Shown piece after piece: positions 9,803 to 18,649 of a stretch of 64,000 nucleotides of DNA. Position 1 is the first letter of the stretch. The number at the start of each line of letters is the position of its first letter. Below the pieces are notes generated by a model, which had not been told where the DNA came from, ran no database searches, and saw only the letters and a list, made by a program, of their open reading frames with translations. A program made the translations under genes and the position numbers. This DNA comes from Coprothermobacterota bacterium (GTDB lineage Bacteria > Coprothermobacterota > Coprothermobacteria > Coprothermobacterales > Coprothermobacteraceae), in assembly GCA_036679065.1 (NCBI GenBank), contig JAZIGN010000003.1, forward strand, positions 416,001 through 480,000, written 5' to 3'.

Positions 9803-10735
9803 ATGATCAGAAGACTACCCGGTCTGGTTGATAGTCATGTCCACGGAGCTGTTGGAAAGTCTGTAATGGATGGCATTTATGCCATCAAAGAAATAGGCGA
9901 ATACCTTGCACTTAACGGTATATATGGCTGGTTTCCTACTACAAGAACCGCACCATGGGATGGCATCCTTGAAGCGGTGAACAATATTGTAATTGCTTCG
10001 CGTCAGCAGTCAAGTGCTGAAGCTAGGATTCTGGGTGTTCATGTAGAAGGACCATTCCTGAACCCCGATTTTCATGGATCACAACCAGTAGAATACATTA
10101 TCAAGCCTTCACTTCAAAAGGCTGAAAAACTTGTGAAAGCAGCCCAAGGATTGCCACTCATTGTTACTTTGGCACCAGAAGCGCCAGGTGCAGCCGAGGT
10201 CATCGATTATCTAGTAAAGAATGGTGCTGTGGTTAGTTTGGGGCACACGGGCGCCACTTATGAACAGATGCAAAGAGCCATTTCCATTGGCGCCAACAGG
10301 GTTACTCATTTGTTCAACTCAATGAAGTTCTTTCACCATAGAGAACCTGGTCCAATTGGAACTGCGTTGTTTTCAGATGCTTATGTGGAACTTATCGTAG
10401 ATGGTGTACATGTTCATCCTGCTACTGTCGGGCTTACTCTGAAGGCGAAAGGGCTTTCAAGAGTAGTTTTTGTGTCCAATGGTACAGAAGGGATGGGCTT
10501 GGAAGATGGGGTGTATGAGCTAGACGGACACGTGCTAAGAGTGGAAAAAGGAGCCGTCTATGAGGATAATACTCTAATGGGGAGCGCTACCAATCTAAAA
10601 GACGGTGTAATCAGTTTGTCCCGCAAGCTTAATATCCCGCTTGAGGACCTTTGGATAACGGCTAGTAGAGCACCCTTGGAAAGTGTAGGACTGGACATAG
10701 ATTTACCTCTCTGCACTGTTTCTGATAGTTACTGA
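9803..10735 (+). CDS. nagA: N-acetylglucosamine-6-phosphate deacetylase-like amidohydrolase (short; catalytic Asp appears as Asn)
   Basis: PGLVDSHVHG, HVEGPF, TLAPE, GHT, THLFN, DGVHVHP; FVSNG where homologues have LVTDA. Confidence 0.8.
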   Translation: MIRRLPGLVDSHVHGAVGKSVMDGIYAIKEIGEYLALNGIYGWFPTTRTAPWDGILEAVNNIVIASRQQSSAEARILGVHVEGPFLNPDFHGSQPVEYIIKPSLQKAEKLVKAAQGLPLIVTLAPEAPGAAEVIDYLVKNGAVVSLGHTGATYEQMQRAISIGANRVTHLFNSMKFFHHREPGPIGTALFSDAYVELIVDGVHVHPATVGLTLKAKGLSRVVFVSNGTEGMGLEDGVYELDGHVLRVEKGAVYEDNTLMGSATNLKDGVISLSRKLNIPLEDLWITASRAPLESVGLDIDLPLCTVSDSY

Positions 10736-10790
10736 ATGTGCTTTTGTTATTGGTCCAAGAGAACTGTACGTTTAGGAGGTGATAACTCGG

Positions 10791-11408
10791 TTGACTTGCC
10801 ATGGTGATGAATATGCTGCCTTATCTCCTGTCTTCGACAGGATGAAGAAGGATATCGTATCGATGAACCCTAAACGCATTGGTGTTGTGGGCAGTAGTTT
10901 GCTGGTACAAGAGGTCGTTCCTGATGTAAATGGCTGTACCATCATACTCAATGAGAACGTCCTTAATATGAGTTCCTTGGATCTGTTATTAGTTGATCAT
11001 ATTTTGCCTACCGATACATGTATTGAATTAACGCCAAAGACAGCTAATAAATTGCTCAGGTTAGGTGGAGAGTTGTTGACTACGGATGTTTTGATGACCA
11101 GGTCAGTACCGGGAAATGTGAGAAAGTCTTTGGCTAGGATTGGCTTTATATATACTAGAAAGTCAAAATCACATTATTTGGTAGAAGAAATGGTAGAAGC
11201 CGGATTTTCTTGCTTAAGAGCCGAAGACATAACAGATTTGGTGCGCAATTGGTGGGAGCAAAAAAGACAGGTTTGTTCTTCGCCTTTAGAAGAAAGTTCC
11301 TATGCTTATTTGCTAGACGATGACCGTTATAGTCTGGGGAAAGCTCTGTTCTACTTTTATGTGCACGCTGAGAAGACATATGATCTGGAAGAAGAACTTA
11401 ACAGTTAG
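10791..11408 (+). CDS. Hypothetical protein, possibly a degenerate methyltransferase fold
   Basis: SD AGGAGG 10774-10779, TTG start inferred (track starts 10779); C-terminal EAGF..EDIT pattern. Confidence 0.55.
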   Translation: MTCHGDEYAALSPVFDRMKKDIVSMNPKRIGVVGSSLLVQEVVPDVNGCTIILNENVLNMSSLDLLLVDHILPTDTCIELTPKTANKLLRLGGELLTTDVLMTRSVPGNVRKSLARIGFIYTRKSKSHYLVEEMVEAGFSCLRAEDITDLVRNWWEQKRQVCSSPLEESSYAYLLDDDRYSLGKALFYFYVHAEKTYDLEEELNS

Positions 11409-11472
11409 CGTTATACAAGTTAGTGGCGTATGAAGTTGTGCTCTATTATAAACAATGCGTTAAAATGAATGC

Positions 11473-11973
11473 ATGGTGATGGGCACAATATCCGCTGAGC
11501 TTGATGGTGAACAGCTTTATATTACAGTTGATGATAGTAGTGTTTTTTTAGTCGATCCTGAACATGACGTGCGGGAAGAACCTTGGGGGTTTGCTATTGG
11601 ACATAAATCTGCTATGGACATGTCTGTCTACAGATATGCACGGTATGTAGGGAAAAACCTAATTGTTTGCTTTGGGCCATGGAACGGGAATAGTTTTGAA
11701 CTCTTTAATAGAACGTGGGTAGGTGTTCAAGAAAACCAGCTCGTTGCTATTGAGGTTTTCTTCCACGAGGAAGGGAATTTTATTGTTGGCATTGTGCCTG
11801 TGGAGCTTAGTCCTGACAGGACTGGTATCATACAGCCTCTGGAGAATTCTTTATCTATTTCCATGAATGCTGTTTACGAGATTAGGGCGAAATACATGTT
11901 GCCAAAGCTCATGAATACCGATCTTTACCTTAAATATGAGCGCTACCTGTTGGAGGGTCTGAATCATGGTTAG
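11473..11973 (+). CDS. Hypothetical protein
   Basis: 166-aa ORF overlapping the next gene's start; TAAAAT ends 6 nt before the ATG. Confidence 0.65.
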   Translation: MVMGTISAELDGEQLYITVDDSSVFLVDPEHDVREEPWGFAIGHKSAMDMSVYRYARYVGKNLIVCFGPWNGNSFELFNRTWVGVQENQLVAIEVFFHEEGNFIVGIVPVELSPDRTGIIQPLENSLSISMNAVYEIRAKYMLPKLMNTDLYLKYERYLLEGLNHG

Positions 11974-12952
11974 CTGGTGGAGGCGTCAGCGATTAAAAGT
12001 GACGCTTAGCCGAAGCAGCAGCCCAAATCTTTATAGAAGTTTTCTTGATCAACTTCTGCTTAGGAACAGTCAAAATCCGAATATTGTTGCTGCCTTCAAT
12101 ACAGACTTACGTTTTTACGATAATGCATTGGAATTTGCTCATTCGGTGGCTAGTTACATGACGGCAGCCCTGGATAAGGGCGCTGGTGTGATCCTTTTTC
12201 CTGAATACTTCGGAAACCTTTTAATGGGCATTGCTGGTGAGCCTATTGATCTGGATGACCCCAGCACCCTGGAGCTGCTTAGCATGATTTCTCCAATTCT
12301 GTACTCCACCTATGTTGACATTTTTTCGCAGATCTCAGCCAAAACTGATGCTACGATTGTGGCTGGTACGTTGGCCTTTGTGGAGAATGGTAAGTTGGTA
12401 AACCGCACCTTTGTGTTCAGACGAGGGAATGTTATTTTAACTCAGGATAAAGCACATCTCATGCCTATGGAGGAGAAATGGGGTATGAGTAGAGGTTCTC
12501 GCTTAGGACTATTTGATTTAGGAACTCAAAAGGCCGGTGTTTTGGTGTGCATGGATGCTACTTACTATGAGCAATCACGCATACTAGAAAACATGGGGGC
12601 ACGTTTGCTTTTAGTGCCTTCAGCAAACCCTGCACCGTTCTATTTAGGAGAACAAATCAGGGGTGCTTGGGCAAGGGCTCAGACTAGTCAGGTTTTCACG
12701 GTTCAATCCTTCTTAGTAGGGAAATTAGGGGACTACGTATTTGAAGGGAAAGCTGGGGTTTATGCTCCACATGATTACACAGAAGATTTAAGTGGCATCG
12801 TCGCTTTGAGTAAGAAATACAATCAAGAGGAACTTGTTACAGCTGTATTGGATTATGAACGCCTAAACCGGGTGCGGCAGCCACAGGATTTTCGATTCCA
12901 GGCTGAGCTTAGCAAATTCTATCAGAGTAAGCTTCCGTTAGACCGTTTCTGA
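11966..12952 (+). CDS. Nitrilase / carbon-nitrogen hydrolase family protein
   Basis: E-K-C triad: LFPEY, QDKAHL, LVCMD. Confidence 0.88.
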   Translation: MVSWWRRQRLKVTLSRSSSPNLYRSFLDQLLLRNSQNPNIVAAFNTDLRFYDNALEFAHSVASYMTAALDKGAGVILFPEYFGNLLMGIAGEPIDLDDPSTLELLSMISPILYSTYVDIFSQISAKTDATIVAGTLAFVENGKLVNRTFVFRRGNVILTQDKAHLMPMEEKWGMSRGSRLGLFDLGTQKAGVLVCMDATYYEQSRILENMGARLLLVPSANPAPFYLGEQIRGAWARAQTSQVFTVQSFLVGKLGDYVFEGKAGVYAPHDYTEDLSGIVALSKKYNQEELVTAVLDYERLNRVRQPQDFRFQAELSKFYQSKLPLDRF

Positions 12953-13368
12953 CATTCTGGGCAAATGCCGAATACGGACACGGGGTTTTGAGTTAGTTTC
13001 CAATGGTGAATTTTGGCAGCCTTGATAAGGGGATTAATGTTGACTGCCACGACGTCCTGAACTTTTCCACATTCCATGCAGATAAGGTGAGCATGAGGTA
13101 CTTCAGTACCGTCATATAGTGTCTCGGTTTGCGTTGGTATCTCCTGGATTACACCGATATCGGCCAAGTATCGAAGAACATTGTATACAGTGGCTAGTGT
13201 GATGTCTGGAATCGTCTCTCTTATAGCATTATAAATTTGTTGGGCGCTAAAATGCCCTTGATTACTTACTAGAAACTCGTACACAGCAAGCCTTGGCTTG
13301 GTAATACGGTCGCCGTTTCTTTTTATAATGTTTTTGAGATTTTCAATTTTATCTTCTATGGCATTCAT
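12922..13368 (-). CDS. Fur-family (PerR-like) transcriptional regulator
   Basis: RITKPR, HFSA, LATVYNVL, HAHLICMECG, GICPEC. Confidence 0.92.
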   Translation of the reverse strand: MNAIEDKIENLKNIIKRNGDRITKPRLAVYEFLVSNQGHFSAQQIYNAIRETIPDITLATVYNVLRYLADIGVIQEIPTQTETLYDGTEVPHAHLICMECGKVQDVVAVNINPLIKAAKIHHWKLTQNPVSVFGICPECQKRSNGSLL

Positions 13369-13408
13369 GTATCATATGATATCACAATTTAAGTCTAAAA
13401 TAAATACT

Positions 13409-14137
13409 ATGGTCACGAATTCAAGAAAAGTAAAAATCACTTGTGGCAATGACGAGTTTGTTGTAAAAGGCGTAGTTTTTGACAAAGATGGGGTTCTAAC
13501 GGGAGGCTTTGACCTTTGGAAACAGATATTCTATCTTTATATGAAAGTAGCCTCTCAGAAAGGTTTGTGCGTTGAAAAGGTGGCAATTGACCTTTTTGGC
13601 GTCGATGAAGATCCTTCAATTGCACCGCTGTCTTTGTGCACTATGGAAGAGGCTAAGTGTTTACTAGCTGCAGCTATATGGCTCATGCACAAAATTGATT
13701 GGGCCACGTGCAGAAAACTGTCACAGGAAATTGTAGAAGAAGCGCAAAGGGTTATATCTCCAGAAATGGTTTATTCTCCTTTGCCAGGAGCCAAAGAACT
13801 TCTTACATTGTTAAGTCAGCATGTACCTGTGGCTATAGCAACCTCTGATTCAAGGTCAAATGTGGAAGAGATGTTTAAGTTTTGGCAAGTAGAATTGCCG
13901 ATCATAGTTTCAGCTGAAGATGTGAAAAGAGGGAAGCCGTTTCCAGACATGCTTCTAAAGGTCTCTAGTCTCATGGGAATACCCTGTGAGGATTTAGTGG
14001 TTTTCGGTGATAGCTTGGGTGATGTTCAGATGGCACATGCTGCAGGAGCTAAAGCAGTGGCTGTGGGCATACGTATTCCTGAGGCAGATTCATGGGTACA
14101 ATCTCTTTTAGATGTTAGCGTGGAGGTGCTGGAGTGA
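13409..14137 (+). CDS. HAD-family hydrolase
   Basis: FDKDGVL, KPFPD, GDSLGD; start moved to ATG 13409 to avoid overlapping the fur-like gene. Confidence 0.88.
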   Translation: MVTNSRKVKITCGNDEFVVKGVVFDKDGVLTGGFDLWKQIFYLYMKVASQKGLCVEKVAIDLFGVDEDPSIAPLSLCTMEEAKCLLAAAIWLMHKIDWATCRKLSQEIVEEAQRVISPEMVYSPLPGAKELLTLLSQHVPVAIATSDSRSNVEEMFKFWQVELPIIVSAEDVKRGKPFPDMLLKVSSLMGIPCEDLVVFGDSLGDVQMAHAAGAKAVAVGIRIPEADSWVQSLLDVSVEVLE

Positions 14138-15174
14138 AAGGTAAACTACTCAATTACGATCCTGAAAAAGGGCTATTTCAAATTGAGGCCTGCGTTTATG
14201 AAGGAGGCGGTGGGCAGCCTGCCGACCGAATAAAGATAAAAGGGCCTGGTTTTTACATTGAAAGTGACGAGGCATTCAAAGAGAAGGGTGGTACTTTTTG
14301 GAAGGTTAAGAGCATATCCGGTGAAGTGCCAAAAACAGAAGTGGAAGTTGACGTAGTTATAGACGAGCTTTGGCGCTTAGAAGTGAGCCAGCAGCATACG
14401 GCACAGCATATTTTTTCGGCTTTGGCAGAGCAGCTTTACGGATGGCCCTCAGAGGGTTTTGCGATTTTTGAAGATGAGTCAAAAATTGAACTTCTTGGTG
14501 CTGATGAGGATCCAGAAAAATACGCACAGCTAGAACGTCAGGTTAACGAAGTTATCTTAAGGCAAATCCCAGTACGTGTGTATGTAACTGAAGAAGTCGA
14601 TGAAAAGCTTAGGAAACACACAGACTATGAACATCCTCGCATTGTGGAAATCGAGGGGATTGACAAGTGTGCCTGCGGCGGTACGCATGTTACCAATACT
14701 GGCTACGTTGGCGGTTTCGCCATATTAAAGGTGGAAAGGAAGAACACACGCTATGTCAGAGTGATTTTTGCTGCTGGAATCCGGTTAGCTCGCATAGCCA
14801 AGAATTACATAGAAAGGGAGCAGAAACTAAAGAATTTGCTTACCGGGGATGTTGAAGAGAGGGTATTCCAACTGCTAGAGCAGAAGAAACAGCTGGAACT
14901 CGAGAAGAAGAATCTGTTGGAACTTGTGAAAGTCCAAATCGCTCAAAGCGATGAAGTCTTTTGGAGAAACCTACCATTGGATATGCAAAGTATGAAGCAA
15001 ATAGCTGCGTACTGTAATGAGAAGGGTAAAGATATTGTGCTCGTGAACCAAGAAGGGTATTTCGCCATGGGAGGACCGAATGCTAACATGCACTTTGAGG
15101 CGTTCAGGGAGAAAGGTGCCAGTGGTGGTGGAAAAGGAGTAATAACGGGAAAGCTAACGAACAATGATAAATAG
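14134..15174 (+). CDS. AlaX-type alanyl-tRNA editing protein
   Basis: GGGQPAD, QHTAQH and CACGGTH zinc motifs, C-terminal GGGKG. Confidence 0.88.
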   Translation: MKGKLLNYDPEKGLFQIEACVYEGGGGQPADRIKIKGPGFYIESDEAFKEKGGTFWKVKSISGEVPKTEVEVDVVIDELWRLEVSQQHTAQHIFSALAEQLYGWPSEGFAIFEDESKIELLGADEDPEKYAQLERQVNEVILRQIPVRVYVTEEVDEKLRKHTDYEHPRIVEIEGIDKCACGGTHVTNTGYVGGFAILKVERKNTRYVRVIFAAGIRLARIAKNYIEREQKLKNLLTGDVEERVFQLLEQKKQLELEKKNLLELVKVQIAQSDEVFWRNLPLDMQSMKQIAAYCNEKGKDIVLVNQEGYFAMGGPNANMHFEAFREKGASGGGKGVITGKLTNNDK

Positions 15175-15435
15175 CATGCTTTTTAACCCCAAAAATGAGC
15201 GAATAGGTTTGGGACGTTAAAACAATTTGGCAAGATTATCAACTTTGTCCACAACATCACTGCAATAGGTAGCAAAAGGTTAAAGTTTTCCTCAAAAAGA
15301 GGAACTTGGGGTATGTTTCTGTGAGACCAAATAGAAAGGGAAACACAGTTACAGTTTCGTCAAGATCTTAGTATGAGATAAGGAACGCAAATTGACAGGT
15401 GAGAATGTGGCTACGCTAGGGGCCTACGGCAGCAG

Positions 15436-16050
15436 CTACAAAGGGAAGGACAACAAATCAAGAATACCTGCTGGGTTGGATATGACAAATCCCTTTCCAA
15501 AGTCATCTACTTCAATTTTGGCGAGTCCAAGGTTTTCGATTCTCAGAATGGCTGTTTTTTCATAAGGAAGCTCCAATATATATCTGAGCATGGTGGTTAT
15601 GGCAATGCCATGGCTCACAAGCAAGGCGTTCGTGTTCTTGGCGATGATTTCCTGCAACAGTGCACTGGTACGTTTCTCAACATCTTGATAGGTTTCTCCT
15701 CCCGGTATGGGCACAGCATAAGGATTTGCCCACCATTTTGCCATGAATTCCGTTTCTTCTTTCATAAGTTCAGGAACCTTTCTCCCTTCCCAATGTCCGC
15801 AGTCTGCTTCAATAATCCTTTCATCGACCTCAAAAGGTATGCCTGTTCGCTCATTAATCATTTCGGCTACGATTTTGGCCCGCTGCAAGGGACTGGTGTA
15901 AATAATGTCAATGGGCAATTTGCATAGGACTGGCAAAGCCTTTTCTAAGCTTTCTTTACCTTTCTTACTAACAGGTATGTCTGTTCTACCTTGAAAACGC
16001 CATTCACCATTCCAGTCTGTTTCTGGATGTCTGAGTAAATATATCTTCAT
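15436..16050 (-). CDS. Histidine phosphatase family protein, copy 2
   Basis: LLRHPETDWN, SPLQRA, VSHG; ATG 16050. Confidence 0.9.
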   Translation of the reverse strand: MKIYLLRHPETDWNGEWRFQGRTDIPVSKKGKESLEKALPVLCKLPIDIIYTSPLQRAKIVAEMINERTGIPFEVDERIIEADCGHWEGRKVPELMKEETEFMAKWWANPYAVPIPGGETYQDVEKRTSALLQEIIAKNTNALLVSHGIAITTMLRYILELPYEKTAILRIENLGLAKIEVDDFGKGFVISNPAGILDLLSFPL

Positions 16051-16115
16051 GGGTAAATTATACCTGACCTTCAAAGGACCCAAAGGAACTTAGTGTTCTT
16101 GCTAATCGCTTCATG

Positions 16116-16730
16116 TCAGTGTAAGGAGAGAGCTATTTGTAGTTCATGTGCTGGGTTCACTACGGAGTATGCAATGCCGTTTGCATCTACTTCCAGCTTC
16201 ACTAACCCTAAATTCTCGATGTGCAGTACTCGAGCATGTGTTTTCGGTATTTGGAGTATGGATCTGAGCATGGTGGTTATGGCAATACCGTGGCTTACTA
16301 CTAAGGCGTTTTTCCCATCACTGGTGATGTCCTTTAGGAAAGCTGTGGTGCGATTTTCCACGTCTTGGTAACTTTCTCCTCCAGGGAGGCGAAAATCGTA
16401 TGGGTTTGATTTCCACAAATCAAACAGTTCAGGTTCCTCAATTGCCAGAGTTTGCGCAACTTTTCCTTCCCACCGTCCGCAATTTACTTCTATAATGCGT
16501 GGGTCTTCTAACATGGGCAGACCGGTGGCTTGACTAACGCTTTGTGCCACTACTCTTGCCCTTTTAAGTGGGCTGGTGTAAACAATCTGCACAGGCAGAG
16601 TGGTTAAGAAGGGTAGCGTCTTCTCCAATTGTTCCATACCGGTTTTGTTTATGGGGATGTCAGTCTGTCCTTGGAATCGTCCCTGTCTGTTCCAGTCTGT
16701 TTCTGGATGTCTGAGTAAATATATCTGCAT
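16116..16730 (-). CDS. Histidine phosphatase family protein, copy 1
   Basis: LLRHPETDWN, SPLKRA, VSHG; ATG 16730; paralogue of its neighbour. Confidence 0.9.
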   Translation of the reverse strand: MQIYLLRHPETDWNRQGRFQGQTDIPINKTGMEQLEKTLPFLTTLPVQIVYTSPLKRARVVAQSVSQATGLPMLEDPRIIEVNCGRWEGKVAQTLAIEEPELFDLWKSNPYDFRLPGGESYQDVENRTTAFLKDITSDGKNALVVSHGIAITTMLRSILQIPKTHARVLHIENLGLVKLEVDANGIAYSVVNPAHELQIALSLH

Positions 16731-16786
16731 AATCACATTGTATGACCGTTTTCTTTTGGAGGTTTAAAAGGAGTGTTAACTACAAG

Positions 16787-17686
16787 CTAACTTTCGGTTT
16801 CCGGTTCCAAATGGACGTAAACCCTATCCACATCCTGGACGTTGTGCAGAACTCTGTTAACAATTTCATCGTTTATACGGTGAGCTTCTGTCAAAGGCAA
16901 ATCACCTCTGACGTTCACATGCATTTCTACTACCAGGCGAGGTCCTACATATTCTGTTACCAGTTCATGTACTTTTAGTACCCCTGGAACTGCCATTGTT
17001 AACTGTAGTATTTGCTCCACGATTTCCGCGTCTGCTGATCCGCCAGTTACGTACTTAAGGTTCTCTGCTGCTAATCCTATGACCGCTTTGAAGATCCATG
17101 CTGAAACCAGCAAACCAGCTACGGGGTCGAGCAAGGGAGAAACGTAGTAAGAACCAAGAATTCCTATAAAGGCTGCTGATGAAGTCATGACATCAGTTAG
17201 GTTATCTTGTGCTGTGGCACGAAGTGCTGGGCTTTGCGTTTTGTTGGCAAGTTGAAGTATGGCGTAGTACATAAGTCCTTTTGTGAGGGCAGTTACTACC
17301 AGAACTAATGTGGGCCAACCTGGCTGGACCGCGACTCCTCCGGCTACCAACTTCGAAATTGAAGTGTATGCTGCCTGGTAGCCAGCAAAAGCCATGGAAA
17401 ATGTGACCACAAGCCCTACTAATGGTTCGAAGCGGCTATGACCCTGAGGATGAGACGGGTCTGGTGGTTTTTGCGAAATCAAAAGCCCGAACACCATGAG
17501 TAAGGAATAGACGACGTCCGATGCAGAGTTTGCAGTTTCAGCATACAAAGCGGCACTTCCTGTCAAGCTTGCTACTACCGCCTTTACGGCGACTAGCAGC
17601 AGGTTTCCAATTATAGTTATGTAGAAGGCTTTTACATACGATTTTCTAGTCTGCTCTGCAGGTTGATAATCTCGTACAGTTTTCAC
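16787..17686 (-). CDS. Cation diffusion facilitator transporter
   Basis: GSAALYAE..NSASD, PPDPSHPQGHSRFE, C-terminal VHLEP. Confidence 0.92.
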   Translation of the reverse strand: MKTVRDYQPAEQTRKSYVKAFYITIIGNLLLVAVKAVVASLTGSAALYAETANSASDVVYSLLMVFGLLISQKPPDPSHPQGHSRFEPLVGLVVTFSMAFAGYQAAYTSISKLVAGGVAVQPGWPTLVLVVTALTKGLMYYAILQLANKTQSPALRATAQDNLTDVMTSSAAFIGILGSYYVSPLLDPVAGLLVSAWIFKAVIGLAAENLKYVTGGSADAEIVEQILQLTMAVPGVLKVHELVTEYVGPRLVVEMHVNVRGDLPLTEAHRINDEIVNRVLHNVQDVDRVYVHLEPETES

Positions 17687-17860
17687 AGTCGTCTTTCAAC
17701 TCCTAAAGGAATTCCAAGCGCTAAACAAATTAAGATTGTAACATATTTCTAGACAGCTTAGTAGCAATCATACTAAATGAAACTCTTTCAAATGTGTTTT
17801 ATGAAGACAGATCGTCAATTAGAATAATGATAATACTTAGCTACCTTGTGAGGTATGGGT

Positions 17861-18646
17861 ATGAAAATACTGGTAATGAGTGATGTACACGGCAATCTTG
17901 AAGCCTTGCGCGCGGTTCTTGATAAGGAGTCTGACGCAGACGAGGTCATCTTTTTAGGGGATTTCGTGGACTATGGGCCGTCTCCGAACGAGGTAATAGA
18001 TACTTTAAAGAATGTTACTTCCAAGGTTTTAATAGGAAATCACGATTATGCTGCAGTATACGGCGTCAGTTGTCAGTGTGGTCTGATGTTCTATGAATTA
18101 AGCGTGGAAACGCGCATGAATTACACAGTCAAAACACTGACTGAAGAGAACAAGCAGTACTTGAAAAGCCTTAGGGCAATGGAATCTTGGACAGTCGGCA
18201 AGTACAAACTTTTGGCTACTCATGCAGCACCCTCTGATCCACTTTACAAGTATTTGAGGGCTTGTGATAAAGGTAGCTTCGAAGGAGAGGCTGAAGCCAC
18301 TAGGAACGTAAATCCTAACAGCTTGGTCAACCTTTTCTCCACTAATGAGAAAAACGAGTACGATTTTGTTTTGGTAGGGCATAGCCATGAACAGTTTTTT
18401 GTTAACGTTGATGGACTGCTGTTTCTTAATCCAGGTTCGGTTGGACAACCTCGTGATTACATTCCCATGGCATCTTATGCGGTTATAGAAAATGGTTCCG
18501 TGTCTCTCAGACGTTTGGACTATGACAGGGTTTCCACTGCAGAAAAGATCGGCAGAATGCCTATAAGTGAGGAAAGCAAGCGGAAGCTAAAAACCGTGAT
18601 CTTAACAGGCGGTCCAGACTGGGACGTGCGAGAAGAGAGTTCTTGA
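17861..18646 (+). CDS. Metallophosphoesterase
   Basis: SDVHGN, GDFVDYG, GNHD, GHSH, NPGSVGQPRD. Confidence 0.92.
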   Translation: MKILVMSDVHGNLEALRAVLDKESDADEVIFLGDFVDYGPSPNEVIDTLKNVTSKVLIGNHDYAAVYGVSCQCGLMFYELSVETRMNYTVKTLTEENKQYLKSLRAMESWTVGKYKLLATHAAPSDPLYKYLRACDKGSFEGEAEATRNVNPNSLVNLFSTNEKNEYDFVLVGHSHEQFFVNVDGLLFLNPGSVGQPRDYIPMASYAVIENGSVSLRRLDYDRVSTAEKIGRMPISEESKRKLKTVILTGGPDWDVREESS

Positions 18647-18649
18647 GTT

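Noticed and set aside
10726..10782. Possible frameshift or Sec readthrough at the nagA TGA (alternative frame LNVLLLLVQENCTFRR*)
   Set aside because: Similarity to NagA C-termini is too weak, there is no slippery site or SECIS-like hairpin, and the TGA is not at a catalytic Cys position.
15175..15435. 261-nt convergent gap with hairpins and a DnaA-box-like TTGTCCACA (15245-15253)
   Set aside because: A single mismatched box is not an origin; no promoter-terminator pair or recognisable RNA family.
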